Assembly: GCA_900541145.1 (NCBI GenBank)
Contig: UQIH01000012.1
Location: forward strand, 6,714 to 70,713
Length of the DNA stretch: 64,000 nt
Reading direction: 5' to 3'
Origin: an uncultured Collinsella sp.
GTDB taxonomy: Bacteria; Actinomycetota; Coriobacteriia; Coriobacteriales; Coriobacteriaceae
Shown piece after piece: positions 39,950 to 50,007 of this stretch. The notes beneath the pieces are model-generated. The model had not been told where the DNA came from, made no database searches, and worked only from the letters and a program-made list of their open reading frames with translations. The first letter of the stretch is position 1. Each line of letters begins with the position of its first letter. The position numbers and the translations under genes were made by a program.

Positions 39950-41794
39950 CTAGGCCTCCTTGGTCGTAGAAATAGAATCGGACGATACTTCGACAGGTCC
40001 GCCAAAAGTACGGGCAGCTGCGGCTCCACCGGCAAGCGGAGTCGCCATCTGGGCTTTTGTGCGTCGCGGTGCCGAAACGGGAAGTTCAAAGGCAAAGCCC
40101 ATCGCAAGCAAAAACCACGTAAGCGTATAGGTTGCAACCAGAGCGGCAACAAGGCCGCCCATCACGGCGCGTTGGGAAAATACGCTACATGCAGCCACAA
40201 CCAGCACCGGAACCTCGCAGGCAGAAAGCGCAAGCACACCCTGCAGGAAGCCCGAGCGCCGATCGCGCGCAAGTGCCCCCGCGGCAACGCCGGCTATGCC
40301 TGGCAGCGCCAACGCCAGTGCGGCAATAATACCCGGTAGCGACCCAGACCACACGAGCGATCCCAAAGTCGCCGTCACGCGAGCGCCCGACGCCAGCAGC
40401 GCGGCCGAAACCACGACCACAGCCCAAACCACGCCACAGACGACCGTCGCGCCGACCATCAGCGCGCGACGAACCACACGGCCAGACGCATCCATGGGGC
40501 ACGGCGTGAGCGGCTCGCCGCGGAGCGAACGACCGACATTTTGCGCATAGTGGTCACAAAACGCCGAGAGCGCCGCCTTGACCGCCGCCGGCTCGGGACG
40601 ATCTTTTTGATGGCTGGACAGACAGGCCATCACCACGTCGAACAGCTGGGCATCGACAAACGCCAGCGCATCGCGTAGCTCTTCGGAATCCGGCTCAAGC
40701 CCTAGCTGCTGGGCCTGCTCGGCCGCGGCGAGCGCCACATCGGGCTCACGACGAAGCAGCTGAGTCAAATCACAACCGGGCGCATGGGCACCAATAGGAT
40801 AGTCGGGCCGCGTGTCCATCTTGAGACGGTAGGGGCTCGCGATGTCGCGCGTCTTTTTGCGCGAACCCGAGGCACCCGAAGTACTCGGCGCGGCTTCGTA
40901 TGGCGCGACGCCGGCAATGAGCTCGTAAACCGTGCTTGCCGCGGCGTATACGTCAATCGCCGGCGACATACGCAAAGCGCGCAGGTCGGGAATATCGTCG
41001 GTGAGCATCTCGGGCGGGGCATAGGCAACCGTCGCGCGACGCAGCGTGGCATAGCGCTCCGTAAACGACGCCTTGCCGCCGGTACCGGCCACGGCCGACG
41101 CAGGCTCGAGCGCCAGCGACGAGCCAAAGTCGATCAGGCACAGGTCAAAGGTGCCCTCGGCAAGCTGCCGGTCAAGCGGTAGACGCGCCGTACGCACCAT
41201 AATATTAGCGGGCGAGATATCGCGATGGACAAAGCCCTCACCCACCAGGCTCATACGGCAGAGCAGATCGAACAGGTCGCGACCCAGACGCGCCGCCACA
41301 AGCGGCGACAGGCGTCCGGCATCGTCCACGGCGAGTCGCGAGCGCAAGCGGGCGAGCGTCTCGCCCTCGACCCATTCCATGACAATTGCAGGCACACCGT
41401 CAACCTCGCCCCAGCCATAGAGGCGGGGAAAGCCCTTAAGGCCCGAAAGGGCGCGATGGCATTCGTATTCCTCGCGAAATGCCGCTTTGAACTTGGCGAC
41501 CAGCGACTCATGGGCGGCATCGTCGTCAAACTCATCGCGCGTCGGCAAGATGAGCTGTTTGAGTGCTACGTCCTCGCCTTGGGCGTTGACAGCACGCGTC
41601 ACGCGGCCGATACCGCCACGGCGCATGGTGGCATCGTCGGCAAACAGTATCGTAAAACGACGCAGATAGGCAGGCAGTTCGTCCTGACCGAGCGCAATGG
41701 CCGGCTCAAACCCGTCGACACGCGCCAGGCGCAGGCCGACCATGGGATCGCGACCGAGCGATTGTGGTGTGGTGGATGCAAGATCGGTCATCAT
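39950..41794 (-). CDS. Ser/Thr protein kinase with a polytopic C-terminal membrane region
   Basis: Contains VALKQL (catalytic Lys), HRDISPANIMV, DFGSS and APE. The C-terminal ~200 aa contain four to five hydrophobic segments. Confidence 0.9.
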   Translation of the reverse strand: MMTDLASTTPQSLGRDPMVGLRLARVDGFEPAIALGQDELPAYLRRFTILFADDATMRRGGIGRVTRAVNAQGEDVALKQLILPTRDEFDDDAAHESLVAKFKAAFREEYECHRALSGLKGFPRLYGWGEVDGVPAIVMEWVEGETLARLRSRLAVDDAGRLSPLVAARLGRDLFDLLCRMSLVGEGFVHRDISPANIMVRTARLPLDRQLAEGTFDLCLIDFGSSLALEPASAVAGTGGKASFTERYATLRRATVAYAPPEMLTDDIPDLRALRMSPAIDVYAAASTVYELIAGVAPYEAAPSTSGASGSRKKTRDIASPYRLKMDTRPDYPIGAHAPGCDLTQLLRREPDVALAAAEQAQQLGLEPDSEELRDALAFVDAQLFDVVMACLSSHQKDRPEPAAVKAALSAFCDHYAQNVGRSLRGEPLTPCPMDASGRVVRRALMVGATVVCGVVWAVVVVSAALLASGARVTATLGSLVWSGSLPGIIAALALALPGIAGVAAGALARDRRSGFLQGVLALSACEVPVLVVAACSVFSQRAVMGGLVAALVATYTLTWFLLAMGFAFELPVSAPRRTKAQMATPLAGGAAAARTFGGPVEVSSDSISTTKEA

Positions 41795-42696
41795 AGGGCA
41801 AGCGCCGCCACGTTATTGTTGAAGTTACCGAGCGCGACGTCATCATCGCCGTAATGGCCGACCCATTGACATAGGTTGGTGTAACAGCCCCACAGATTGG
41901 CATACTGCTGATACCACCTTGACCGGGGCGAGAATGTCTGACGACCGAACTCGGCTCGAATGACAAACATCTCCCCGACCAGGCTGTCGCACGGCCTGGG
42001 ATCTCCCGTAGAGTTATAGGTCGAGACCACGTCATTGGCACGAGAAACATAGCCGTCGAGCATGTTGTACTTGGTCACAAGCCAACTGTGAATGCTCTCT
42101 TCCTCAGCAGCGGAAAGGCCGCCGGAGTTTGCATCGTTGTCAGTGTTGCCGCCCGTCGAGCCGCCGTTTCCAGGCCCTCCGGTAGAGGAACCCGACCCAG
42201 AGCCGCCGCCCGAACTCGATGAATCCGAGCCGGAGCCAGAAGTATCCGAGCTACCGGGCTTTCCGGACTGCTGGGCGTCCTGCTCCTTTTGCTGCTCGAC
42301 CTTATTCACCGTTGCCGCCACGCTATTGTTGGACAATCGATCGATGATCTTGGTGTTGGTGAGCACGATGGTTTTGCCATTGGCAAGCGTGACTTCGTTG
42401 TCCGGGGCCTCGGCGCCGTCCGCATCGTCGGTGCCAAACACAATATGCCCGACCACACTTGCCCAAGCATATCCAGTCGTGGTGCCCAGATCGCTTTTGA
42501 CCTCATGCCCCATGCGCGGTTCGCGTGCGGCATGCGCCTGCATCATGGACGGCACGGTCATGCCATAGGCAGAAACGCCAGCTATGACCAGCACCAGCGA
42601 GCACGATAGCAGTGCGTACGCCCGCGGCGCCAAGCCCAGTCGGCGTCGTATGCGCACCGCGGCGCCGCGCTTTGTCTGAGTGCCACCGGGCCGCAT
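41791..42696 (-). CDS. hypothetical membrane-anchored protein with a Ser/Gly-rich linker
   Basis: ATG 42696 is preceded by GGAGGAG. It has a signal-anchor (ALLSCSLVLVIAGVSAYG) and a GSSDTSGSGSDSSSSGGGSGSGSS tract. The stop overlaps the kinase start (ATGA). Confidence 0.55.
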   Translation of the reverse strand: MRPGGTQTKRGAAVRIRRRLGLAPRAYALLSCSLVLVIAGVSAYGMTVPSMMQAHAAREPRMGHEVKSDLGTTTGYAWASVVGHIVFGTDDADGAEAPDNEVTLANGKTIVLTNTKIIDRLSNNSVAATVNKVEQQKEQDAQQSGKPGSSDTSGSGSDSSSSGGGSGSGSSTGGPGNGGSTGGNTDNDANSGGLSAAEEESIHSWLVTKYNMLDGYVSRANDVVSTYNSTGDPRPCDSLVGEMFVIRAEFGRQTFSPRSRWYQQYANLWGCYTNLCQWVGHYGDDDVALGNFNNNVAALAL

Positions 42697-42941
42697 GCGT
42701 TCTCCTCCAACAAAAACACGCCGCTCGGGAGCGGCGCATTCATTCGAATCCATATTTGAGTGTATCAGCGAACCAAAAAGGTTGCGCAACGAATGGACAA
42801 ATTAAGGATGCGAGCGGAAGCATCCATGCGATAAGCGGATACGAAGCATCTTTGTTGCACAACAAACTCACAGTCGCACGGGGAAATTATGACTACCCCG
42901 TGCGTCGCGAGGAAAACATACGGCAGGAGCAGGCTCGCCAC

Positions 42942-43538
42942 CTAAATCGCGCGGCGGGCCTCGATGGCGCGGCCAAGCGTAAGCTCGTCGGCATACTCCA
43001 AGTCGCCGCCCACGGGAAGGCCGCTTGCCAGACGCGACACCTCGACGCCCAACGGCTTGATGGTACGGGCCAGATAGCTCGCCGTGGTCTCGCCCTCAAT
43101 ATTGGGGTTGGTGGCGATGATGACCTCGTGGATGTCCTCGTGGCCCAAGCGTGCCAGCAGCTCTCGAATGTGCAGCTGCTCGGGGCCAATCTTGTCCATG
43201 GGACTGATCACGCCGCCCAATACGTGGTAGAGGCCGTGGTAGCTGCCCGTGCGCTCGATCGCCTGGACATCGCGCGGCTCGCCCACCACGCAAATGCGAG
43301 TGGTATCGCGCATCGGGTCCTGGCAGATGGAGCACTCGTCGGCCGTGGCGTAGTTAAAGCAGCGGCTGCAAAAGTGGACCTCCTGCTTGACCTCCAGGAT
43401 GGCCTCGGCCAGGCGGCGCGCCTCCTCGGCGTCGGCCTCCAACAGGTAATAGGCGATGCGCTGGGCCGACTTGGGACCAATGCCCGGCAGACGGCCCAGC
43501 TCATCGAGCAGTTTTTGCAGACTGTGGTTGGCACTCAT
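42942..43538 (-). CDS. recR: recombination protein RecR
   Basis: Contains [17 protein letters not shown] (HhH), the zinc finger [18 protein letters not shown] and a Toprim domain. Confidence 0.95.
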   Translation of the reverse strand: MSANHSLQKLLDELGRLPGIGPKSAQRIAYYLLEADAEEARRLAEAILEVKQEVHFCSRCFNYATADECSICQDPMRDTTRICVVGEPRDVQAIERTGSYHGLYHVLGGVISPMDKIGPEQLHIRELLARLGHEDIHEVIIATNPNIEGETTASYLARTIKPLGVEVSRLASGLPVGGDLEYADELTLGRAIEARRAI

Positions 43539-43551
43539 ATATATGCGTGTC

Positions 43552-43872
43552 TTAGAACGGCATGCCCGGGATGTTGAGGCCGCCGGTGATGGCGCCCATC
43601 TGCTTGTTGGCGAGCTCGTTGACGCCGCGGACGGCCTCGTTGACGGCAGCCATGATCATATCCTGCAGCATATCGACGTCCTCGGGATCGAGCGCATCGG
43701 GATCGATGGTGAGGTTGACGAGCTCCATCTCGCCGTTAACGGTCACCTTGACCATGCCGCCGCCGGCAGAGGCGTCGACGGTCTGGGACTTGAGGTTCTC
43801 CTGCGCGGCGGCAAGCTGCTCCTGCATCTTGCGAGCCTGCTTCATCATCTGCTGCATGTTCATACCGGCCAT
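43552..43872 (-). CDS. ybaB: YbaB/EbfC family nucleoid-associated protein
   Basis: Starts [20 protein letters not shown] and contains [28 protein letters not shown] lies upstream. It sits in the conserved dnaX-ybaB-recR context. Confidence 0.9.
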   Translation of the reverse strand: MAGMNMQQMMKQARKMQEQLAAAQENLKSQTVDASAGGGMVKVTVNGEMELVNLTIDPDALDPEDVDMLQDMIMAAVNEAVRGVNELANKQMGAITGGLNIPGMPF

Positions 43873-44049
43873 GATGGCTCCTTTACGTGCGGCCGCACGC
43901 CGAGCTGCAAGGGCAGCCGGAGCACGGCGGGACTTTCAAACTCAAAAATCGTACCACGGCGCGCGGCGAGAGAGCGGGGCGGACGTGTTACCTCAGTCGA
44001 TATACATGTCCTCCAATACAAACCGCACTCAAAGATTATGCAAGGTCGA

Positions 44050-44069
44050 ATTATGCAAGGTTGCATAAT
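44050..44069. promoter_or_regulatory. perfect palindrome ATTATGCAA-GG-TTGCATAAT (candidate operator)
   Basis: Preceded by a direct copy of the half-site ATTATGCAAGGT at 44035-44046. It lies in the divergent region between ybaB and 44212..44685. Confidence 0.35.
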
Positions 44070-44211
44070 ATCGCACACTCAATCTAGTAGAGCCGAATCC
44101 GGCATTTCATGTGCGCCACTAAATAGCTAAATGCCGAACCGCTGCTCGAGGCGGCGCACATGGCGGCAGGGTATAATTTGATTGCCATAGATAGTAATTT
44201 GGAGGTGCCCC

Positions 44212-44685
44212 ATGAATGCCCCCAACGCGCTCCAAAACATCCGCTCAAAACACCCCGTTGCATATGTGGTTCTCTATCTCTTTGTCGGCTGGGCATTGCT
44301 GGTTGTCATCACCCATGCCATAGCTTTTGGAGCAGAACTGCTGATAGCCAGCTCGGACCAGCCCGTCGTCAAATGGGAGACGACCGATGAGTGCACCGAC
44401 GGAACCCGAACCGTTTACTACAACAGCCCGTCCCTCTACCAAGAGTTCAAGGTCAAGATAAAGGACTTCAAGATTGTCGATGCCGAGCCAGGCGTTTATT
44501 CGGCAATCGGAGCAACCGTCAACGCCGAGCAAGTCGAGTACACGGACAGCCATGCGACGTATCGTATCGACCTCAGCATCCTAGGCCGACCGTCGCGTAC
44601 CTGCCTGCTCGAATGCGAGATACGCGGCACCACGTTGCGCATGTCCGAAATACAGATGCGCCCGGACAAAGAGATCTCTTCTTGA
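44212..44685 (+). CDS. hypothetical membrane-anchored protein
   Basis: GGAGG lies upstream of the ATG. It has one N-terminal TM segment and lower GC than its neighbours. It interrupts the dnaX-ybaB-recR arrangement on the opposite strand. Confidence 0.5.
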   Translation: MNAPNALQNIRSKHPVAYVVLYLFVGWALLVVITHAIAFGAELLIASSDQPVVKWETTDECTDGTRTVYYNSPSLYQEFKVKIKDFKIVDAEPGVYSAIGATVNAEQVEYTDSHATYRIDLSILGRPSRTCLLECEIRGTTLRMSEIQMRPDKEISS

Positions 44686-44706
44686 GCAGTATACCCGCCC
44701 GTACAG

Positions 44707-47172
44707 CTACTCCACCGGCTTGAAGATGGTGGCCTGACCGAAGACGCTGCGGATGAGGGCTTTGGCCTCGTCCTCGGTCTGCGGGATGCTCGGGGCTGCG
44801 CCCTGGTGGCCGAAGGGGCTGCCCGCGCCGGGGTTGGACTCCCAGGGAGCTGCAGGAGCGTCCTCCTCTTTGGCGACAGCCGCAGCGGGCCTGGGCGCGG
44901 GCGTCGCACCCGCCACGTCGAACGGGGGCAGATCGTCCCCGCCGGCATCGGCAGCAAAACCGCCAACCATGGCGTCGTCGTAGGGAACCTGCTCGGATTC
45001 CCACGGGGCAGGCTGCGCGACAGGTTGAGCCGTGGGAGCGGACGCGCGCTCGGGCGCACGGGGCGCGGGCTCGGTCGGGAGCTTGCCCGTAGCGGGAGCG
45101 CCGGCAGGGTTGTCGGAGCGCAGCCAGGGAGCCTTGGCCAGGCCGGATGACTTGGACGCAGGCGCGACAGGCTTGGGCGCGGGCGCCGGAGCAGCCGGTT
45201 TGGGTGCCGCGGGCTTAGGCGCCGACGGGGTCGGTACCGCCACCGGCGCTGTTATTGGCTGCGGCGCGCTGGCGCTCGAGGATACAGGGGCCGCCGAGGA
45301 CACGGGTTGCGGGTCCGCAGATACCGCAGCCCGTGCAGATGGAGAATGCTCCTCATGTTGAGGAGCCGGCGTGCCACCTCCATCCAGGACGTAGTCGACG
45401 GTGCGACGCCCGAAGACCGCGCAGACCGTCGGCAGGACCACCGACTGCGTGTCGGCGCGACCGAGCATCTTGATGGCAAAGGTCGAGCCCGCAGGGAACG
45501 AGACGGTGAGCTTGGAGCCGTCGTCGGCCGTGGCGCGGGCATTGAGCAAAAGCCCCGCGTAGGAGGCCTGACGAGCCTTGACGCGCTCGACGACCTCGGC
45601 CCATTTGCGCTGGAGCTCGCCGGCGTCCTCGACCGCGGGGGTCTCGGCAGTACCGGCGGCGGCAACCTGGGCGGCGTTGTTGGGCTTGGACACCGGCACG
45701 GTCGATGCAGCAGGCGCGGGAGCCGGAGCCGCAACGGGCTGAGGTGCAGGCGTTACAGGTTTAGGCGCCGGCGCAGGAGCCGCAGACTTGGGCGCAGGCT
45801 GGGCAGCCGGAACAGCAGCGCCGCGGTCCCAAGGCATGCCACCCTGATGCGCGGACGTAGCAGCGGGGGCAGCGGATGCCACCGAAGTGGCAGCACGGGC
45901 GCCCGAAATGAGCGTCGGCTGTTGGGCAGCAGCGGGTACGGATGCTGCAGGCGCGGCGGCCTGAGCGGCAGCCACGCTCGCCGGCACGGCGGCGTTGGCA
46001 ACCATGGCCTCCAGGCGTGCCACGCGCTCGGCCAATGCCTCAATCGTTAAATCGGCCTCGGGACGCGCCAGACGCGTGCAGGCAATCTCGAGCACCAGGC
46101 GCACGTCGCTCGCGCCCCTCATCTCCAGTGCGGCATCGTCGAGCACTGTCAGCACACGAGCCAGGCGGTCGGCAGGATGCTCGCCAAAGGCAGCGGCCTC
46201 GGCAGCAAGCGCCTCGGCCTGCTCGGAGCCGCCCTCAAACAACTCGGCACGGGCACCGGCAACGCAGGCAACATACACGTCGCGCACGTGCGCCACCAGG
46301 TCGCGCGTCAGCTCCAGCAGATCGTTACCTTCCTCGACCTGCGCGCGAATAAGCCCATACAGCTCGGCAACATCGCGATCGGCAATGGCGCGGGAAAACT
46401 CGCCCAGAATCTGGTCCGAAACCTCGCCTAAAAGCGAGCGGGCGTCGTCCGCATGCACAGAACCGTTGCCAAAGACGCTCAGCTGCTCCAGCGTGGACAA
46501 CGCGTCGCGCATGCCGCCCTTTGCATGGCGCGCCACGATAGCCAGCGCCTCGTCGTCGTAATCGAAGCCCTCCTGCTCGCACACGTATGCCAGGCGATGC
46601 TCGATATCCTCGTTGCCGATGCGGTGGAAATCGAAGCGCTGGCAGCGCGAGAGGATGGTCTCCAGAATCTTTTGCGGGTCGGTAGTGCACAGCACAAAGA
46701 TCACGTGCGCCGGCGGCTCCTCGAGCGTCTTGAGCAGCGCGTTGAACGCCGCCGTCGTGAGCATGTGGACCTCGTCGATGATATAGATCTTGTACTTGCC
46801 GCGCACCGGGGCAAAGTTGACGGAGTTGATGATCTCCTCGCGCACGTTGTCCACGCCGGTACGGCTTGCAGCATCGAGCTCGTAGACATCCGAGTGGTTG
46901 CCCTCGGCGATGAGCTCGCACTCCTCGCAAGTGCCGTCGGGCATGCAGCCGCTTGCACCCTCGGCGCGCGCCGCCTCGGCATTGCGGCACAGCAGTGCCT
47001 TGGCCAGAATGCGCGCCATGGTGGTCTTGCCCGTGCCGCGTGGTCCGCAGAACAGGTAGGCGTGGGACAGGCGTCCCTCGGTGATGGCGTGCTCGAGCGT
47101 CGAGACGATATGCTGCTGGCCCACCACGGAGTCGAAGGTGAGCGGGCGATACTTTCGGTACAACGATTCCAT
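44707..47172 (-). CDS. dnaX: DNA polymerase III subunits gamma/tau
   Basis: Starts MESLYRKYRPLTFDSVVGQQHIV and contains GPRGTGKTT, a Cys4 zinc module and YIIDEVHMLT. The C-terminal half is a long Ala/Pro-rich region. GGGGGAG lies upstream of ATG 47172. Confidence 0.9.
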   Translation of the reverse strand: MESLYRKYRPLTFDSVVGQQHIVSTLEHAITEGRLSHAYLFCGPRGTGKTTMARILAKALLCRNAEAARAEGASGCMPDGTCEECELIAEGNHSDVYELDAASRTGVDNVREEIINSVNFAPVRGKYKIYIIDEVHMLTTAAFNALLKTLEEPPAHVIFVLCTTDPQKILETILSRCQRFDFHRIGNEDIEHRLAYVCEQEGFDYDDEALAIVARHAKGGMRDALSTLEQLSVFGNGSVHADDARSLLGEVSDQILGEFSRAIADRDVAELYGLIRAQVEEGNDLLELTRDLVAHVRDVYVACVAGARAELFEGGSEQAEALAAEAAAFGEHPADRLARVLTVLDDAALEMRGASDVRLVLEIACTRLARPEADLTIEALAERVARLEAMVANAAVPASVAAAQAAAPAASVPAAAQQPTLISGARAATSVASAAPAATSAHQGGMPWDRGAAVPAAQPAPKSAAPAPAPKPVTPAPQPVAAPAPAPAASTVPVSKPNNAAQVAAAGTAETPAVEDAGELQRKWAEVVERVKARQASYAGLLLNARATADDGSKLTVSFPAGSTFAIKMLGRADTQSVVLPTVCAVFGRRTVDYVLDGGGTPAPQHEEHSPSARAAVSADPQPVSSAAPVSSSASAPQPITAPVAVPTPSAPKPAAPKPAAPAPAPKPVAPASKSSGLAKAPWLRSDNPAGAPATGKLPTEPAPRAPERASAPTAQPVAQPAPWESEQVPYDDAMVGGFAADAGGDDLPPFDVAGATPAPRPAAAVAKEEDAPAAPWESNPGAGSPFGHQGAAPSIPQTEDEAKALIRSVFGQATIFKPVE

Positions 47173-47288
47173 GGGTGCTCCCCCGGGTATACTGAGTCTT
47201 GTTGCCGCGGCGGCCATGCGGTCGCACGGCATACTGCATTCCATAATAACCCGTACGGCGAGCCCGCCGCGATAGGAGTCTAAAGAGC

Positions 47289-48005
47289 ATGGCAGACGCA
47301 GAGAGCAACCTCGTTCCCTCCGAAGCAGCCGACCAGGTCGAGGTCGCGCTCGAGGAGCAGGCCGCGGCCGATGACGGCATCCTGTACCTCAACGAGTACC
47401 AATACGAAAACGACCTGGTCACCGACTTTGCGCGCCTGGTCGCCTCGCCCAGGCGCCGTGGCTCCCTGTACGTCGCCGCCGCGATTGCCGCGCTCATCGG
47501 CATCGGCATGTTGGTGGCCGGCGGCAGCTGGATCAAGTTCGGCGTCGTGCTGATCGTGTTCGGCGCTTTTTTGGCCTGGTGGAGCAAAAACCTGCACCAC
47601 ACCCTCGCCCGCGACTTTATCGACGCCGTCGAGGCCGACGAGTCCATGGGTGGCCGCTATCGCCGCGTCGCCGCCAACGAGGACGGCCTGATGGTTTGGG
47701 GCAAGAGCGGCAAGTCGCAGTTCTTCCCGTTTGACAAGCTCGACCACGTGCTCGACGGCGAGCGCATCTTTGTGGCCATGTTCGCCGACCAGGGCGTGAC
47801 GATCCCCAAGGACACCTTCGTCCGTGGCGATGCCGAACAGTTCGGCCCCTTCCTTAAGGCGCGCATCAACAAAAAACTCCGCATCGAGACCAAGAAGAAG
47901 AAAATGAAGGTCGAGAAGGCCGCCGCCGAGGCCAAGCAGGGCGACAAGCCCCAAGAGACCAAGGGCAAGCAGCGCAAGCAGAAGAAGAACAAGAAGAAGC
48001 GCTAG
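47289..48005 (+). CDS. YcxB-like membrane protein with a Lys-rich tail
   Basis: Two adjacent TM segments followed by a small C-terminal domain, then KKKKMKVEKAAAEAKQGDK...KKNKKKR. The family call is from memory of the architecture. Confidence 0.5.
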   Translation: MADAESNLVPSEAADQVEVALEEQAAADDGILYLNEYQYENDLVTDFARLVASPRRRGSLYVAAAIAALIGIGMLVAGGSWIKFGVVLIVFGAFLAWWSKNLHHTLARDFIDAVEADESMGGRYRRVAANEDGLMVWGKSGKSQFFPFDKLDHVLDGERIFVAMFADQGVTIPKDTFVRGDAEQFGPFLKARINKKLRIETKKKKMKVEKAAAEAKQGDKPQETKGKQRKQKKNKKKR

Positions 48006-48153
48006 GCCGGACGCAGGGTCCAGACCCCAGACGGAGCTTAAATTGAATGTCGCCCACCTGCGCGTGCTACACTAGCAGCATCTATGCCACCGCGAATGGC
48101 TCGGCCCCGCGCCCGCCGCTCGCAAACGAACTTTAAACGCACGAGGGTTGGCC

Positions 48154-50007
48154 ATGCCGCTTTTCTCGCAACATACCGCCCGGTTCTCGCCGGACGTTCC
48201 TTTGGAGGGCACCAGCTCTCGCGAGCTGCTCAAGCGGTACCAGCCGCTCGAGACACTTGCGACCGGCGGTTTTGGCTCCATCGAGATCTGCCGCGACACG
48301 CACCTGCGCCGCCGCGTCGCCATTAAACGCATCCCCCTTATCAACGGTGCCGGCATGCCCGCCAGCGACATCATGGATGTCCTGCGCGAGGCGCACACTG
48401 CCGCTATGCTTCAACATCCCAACATCGTGCAGGTCATCGACTTTACGCACGACACAGCCTATGCCTACCTGGTTATGGAATATGTCGATGGCATGTCGCT
48501 GGCCGAGTTTTTGCACCGCGTGGACGGCCACTCACTTACCTTTGACGAGGCCGCAGCCATTGCCGATGCCCTGGGCCAGGCGCTCACCTTCGCCCATAGT
48601 AATGGCGTACTCCACCTGGACATTAAGCCCGCCAACGTGCTCATCGACCACTCGGGCAATGTAAAGCTCACCGACTTTGGCATGGCGCGACTGTCGTCCG
48701 CCGGTGGCTTTGGCGGCTCGCGCGGCGGCACCATCGGCTACATGCCGCCCGAGCAGCTCGATATCGAGACCGGCACGGTCAATGAGCGCGCCGATGTCTT
48801 TGCCCTCGCCTGTGTGATCTACGAGGGCTTGTGCGGCAGCGCTCCCTTTATGGCGGCCACGCCCGCCGACTCGCTCGACCGCATCATCGGCGGCGCCACC
48901 TATCCCAGCGAGCTGATACCACACTTTCCCCCGGGAGCCGAGAGCGCGCTCATGAGCGCGCTCTCCCCCATGCCGCAGGACCGCCCCAACAGCATCGAGG
49001 CATTTTGCGACCAGCTCCTTGCCGGTCTGGGCAGCGTGCGCGAGGGCCGTCGCAGCCTGGAGCAAATGGTTGGCGAGCTTTCGGATGACGAGCAGGAGCT
49101 CGACGGTATCGAGCCGTCGCACTACGAGGACGACGCCATCGAGGTCGACCCCGCACTCGGCTGGGCAGGCACGCGCTGGAGCCATGCGCGCGACTACACC
49201 ATGCGCATTATCTCGGCGCTAACGTGCGGCACCTTTAGCTTTTTGCTGATGCAAACGGCCGGGGTCGCGGCGCTTCCCGGCCTGGTCATTGCGGCCATCG
49301 CGATCGGCGCGGCGGCTGGCCTGGCCCCCCAGATTGGCTCGGCCATCTCGGCTGTGGGCTTTTTGGTGCTCATGGCCAACGCCACCATGCAGGCACAGGG
49401 CATCCTGTCGATGCTGCCGGTCGCGGTGATCTTTGCCGCCGCCATGTCCGGTTGGTGGATCGCCTGGGGTCGTACCGAGGCTGCCGCGAGCGCCGCGCTC
49501 ACCTGTGCACTCGCGCTTGGCTGTCTGACCGGCAATACCTTCCTGGCAGCTGGGGTCGCCGCCGGCGTCGCGTCATTTTGGCTCGGCCCGACAAGCGCCG
49601 CCGCGGCAACGGGCATGGGCGCGCTTTTTGCCCGTCTGGCCACGGTCACGCTTTCAGCCGGAGGCGTGCTGGGGCTCGGTAACGTTGCCGCAGCGCTGGG
49701 AGACCCACTCCTTTGGGCTGCCTTTGGGCTGGCCGCGGCAACTGCCGCGGCGTCATCTGCGCTGCTCAATGCCCATGCCAAGCGTGCCGATCAGGGCTCA
49801 AACCTTGCCGCAATCGCCGCCATCGCTGTCACCGGCATCGGCTGCGCAGCGGCGTCCTGTCTTGCACACCATATGGAAATTGCCAGCCTTGCAGCCGCGG
49901 TCATCGCCAAGGCGGCGGTTGCGGGAACCCTATCCTCTATAATCGTTGGGATATGCCTATATTTGCTCGGATACCAAAGAACCTATACGGAGAGTGATCT
50001 TTCGTGA
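48154..50007 (+). CDS. Ser/Thr protein kinase with a polytopic C-terminal membrane region
   Basis: Contains GGFGSIEIC, VAIKRI, HLDIKPANVLI, DFGMA and GYMPPE. The C-terminal ~270 aa are Ala/Gly-rich multi-TM. ATG 48154 has GAGGG upstream. Confidence 0.9.
   Translation: MPLFSQHTARFSPDVPLEGTSSRELLKRYQPLETLATGGFGSIEICRDTHLRRRVAIKRIPLINGAGMPASDIMDVLREAHTAAMLQHPNIVQVIDFTHDTAYAYLVMEYVDGMSLAEFLHRVDGHSLTFDEAAAIADALGQALTFAHSNGVLHLDIKPANVLIDHSGNVKLTDFGMARLSSAGGFGGSRGGTIGYMPPEQLDIETGTVNERADVFALACVIYEGLCGSAPFMAATPADSLDRIIGGATYPSELIPHFPPGAESALMSALSPMPQDRPNSIEAFCDQLLAGLGSVREGRRSLEQMVGELSDDEQELDGIEPSHYEDDAIEVDPALGWAGTRWSHARDYTMRIISALTCGTFSFLLMQTAGVAALPGLVIAAIAIGAAAGLAPQIGSAISAVGFLVLMANATMQAQGILSMLPVAVIFAAAMSGWWIAWGRTEAAASAALTCALALGCLTGNTFLAAGVAAGVASFWLGPTSAAAATGMGALFARLATVTLSAGGVLGLGNVAAALGDPLLWAAFGLAAATAAASSALLNAHAKRADQGSNLAAIAAIAVTGIGCAAASCLAHHMEIASLAAAVIAKAAVAGTLSSIIVGICLYLLGYQRTYTESDLS

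Noticed and set aside
44496-46050. Multiple Pro/Arg/Ala-rich ORFs on both strands within the 3' half of dnaX
   Set aside because: They are frame and antisense artefacts of the Ala/Pro-rich, GC-rich tau linker region.
47173-47288. SRP (4.5S) RNA gene, which often lies upstream of dnaX
   Set aside because: The conserved domain IV motif (GGAAGCAGC with its symmetric-loop context) is absent on both strands here and in 43873-44211.
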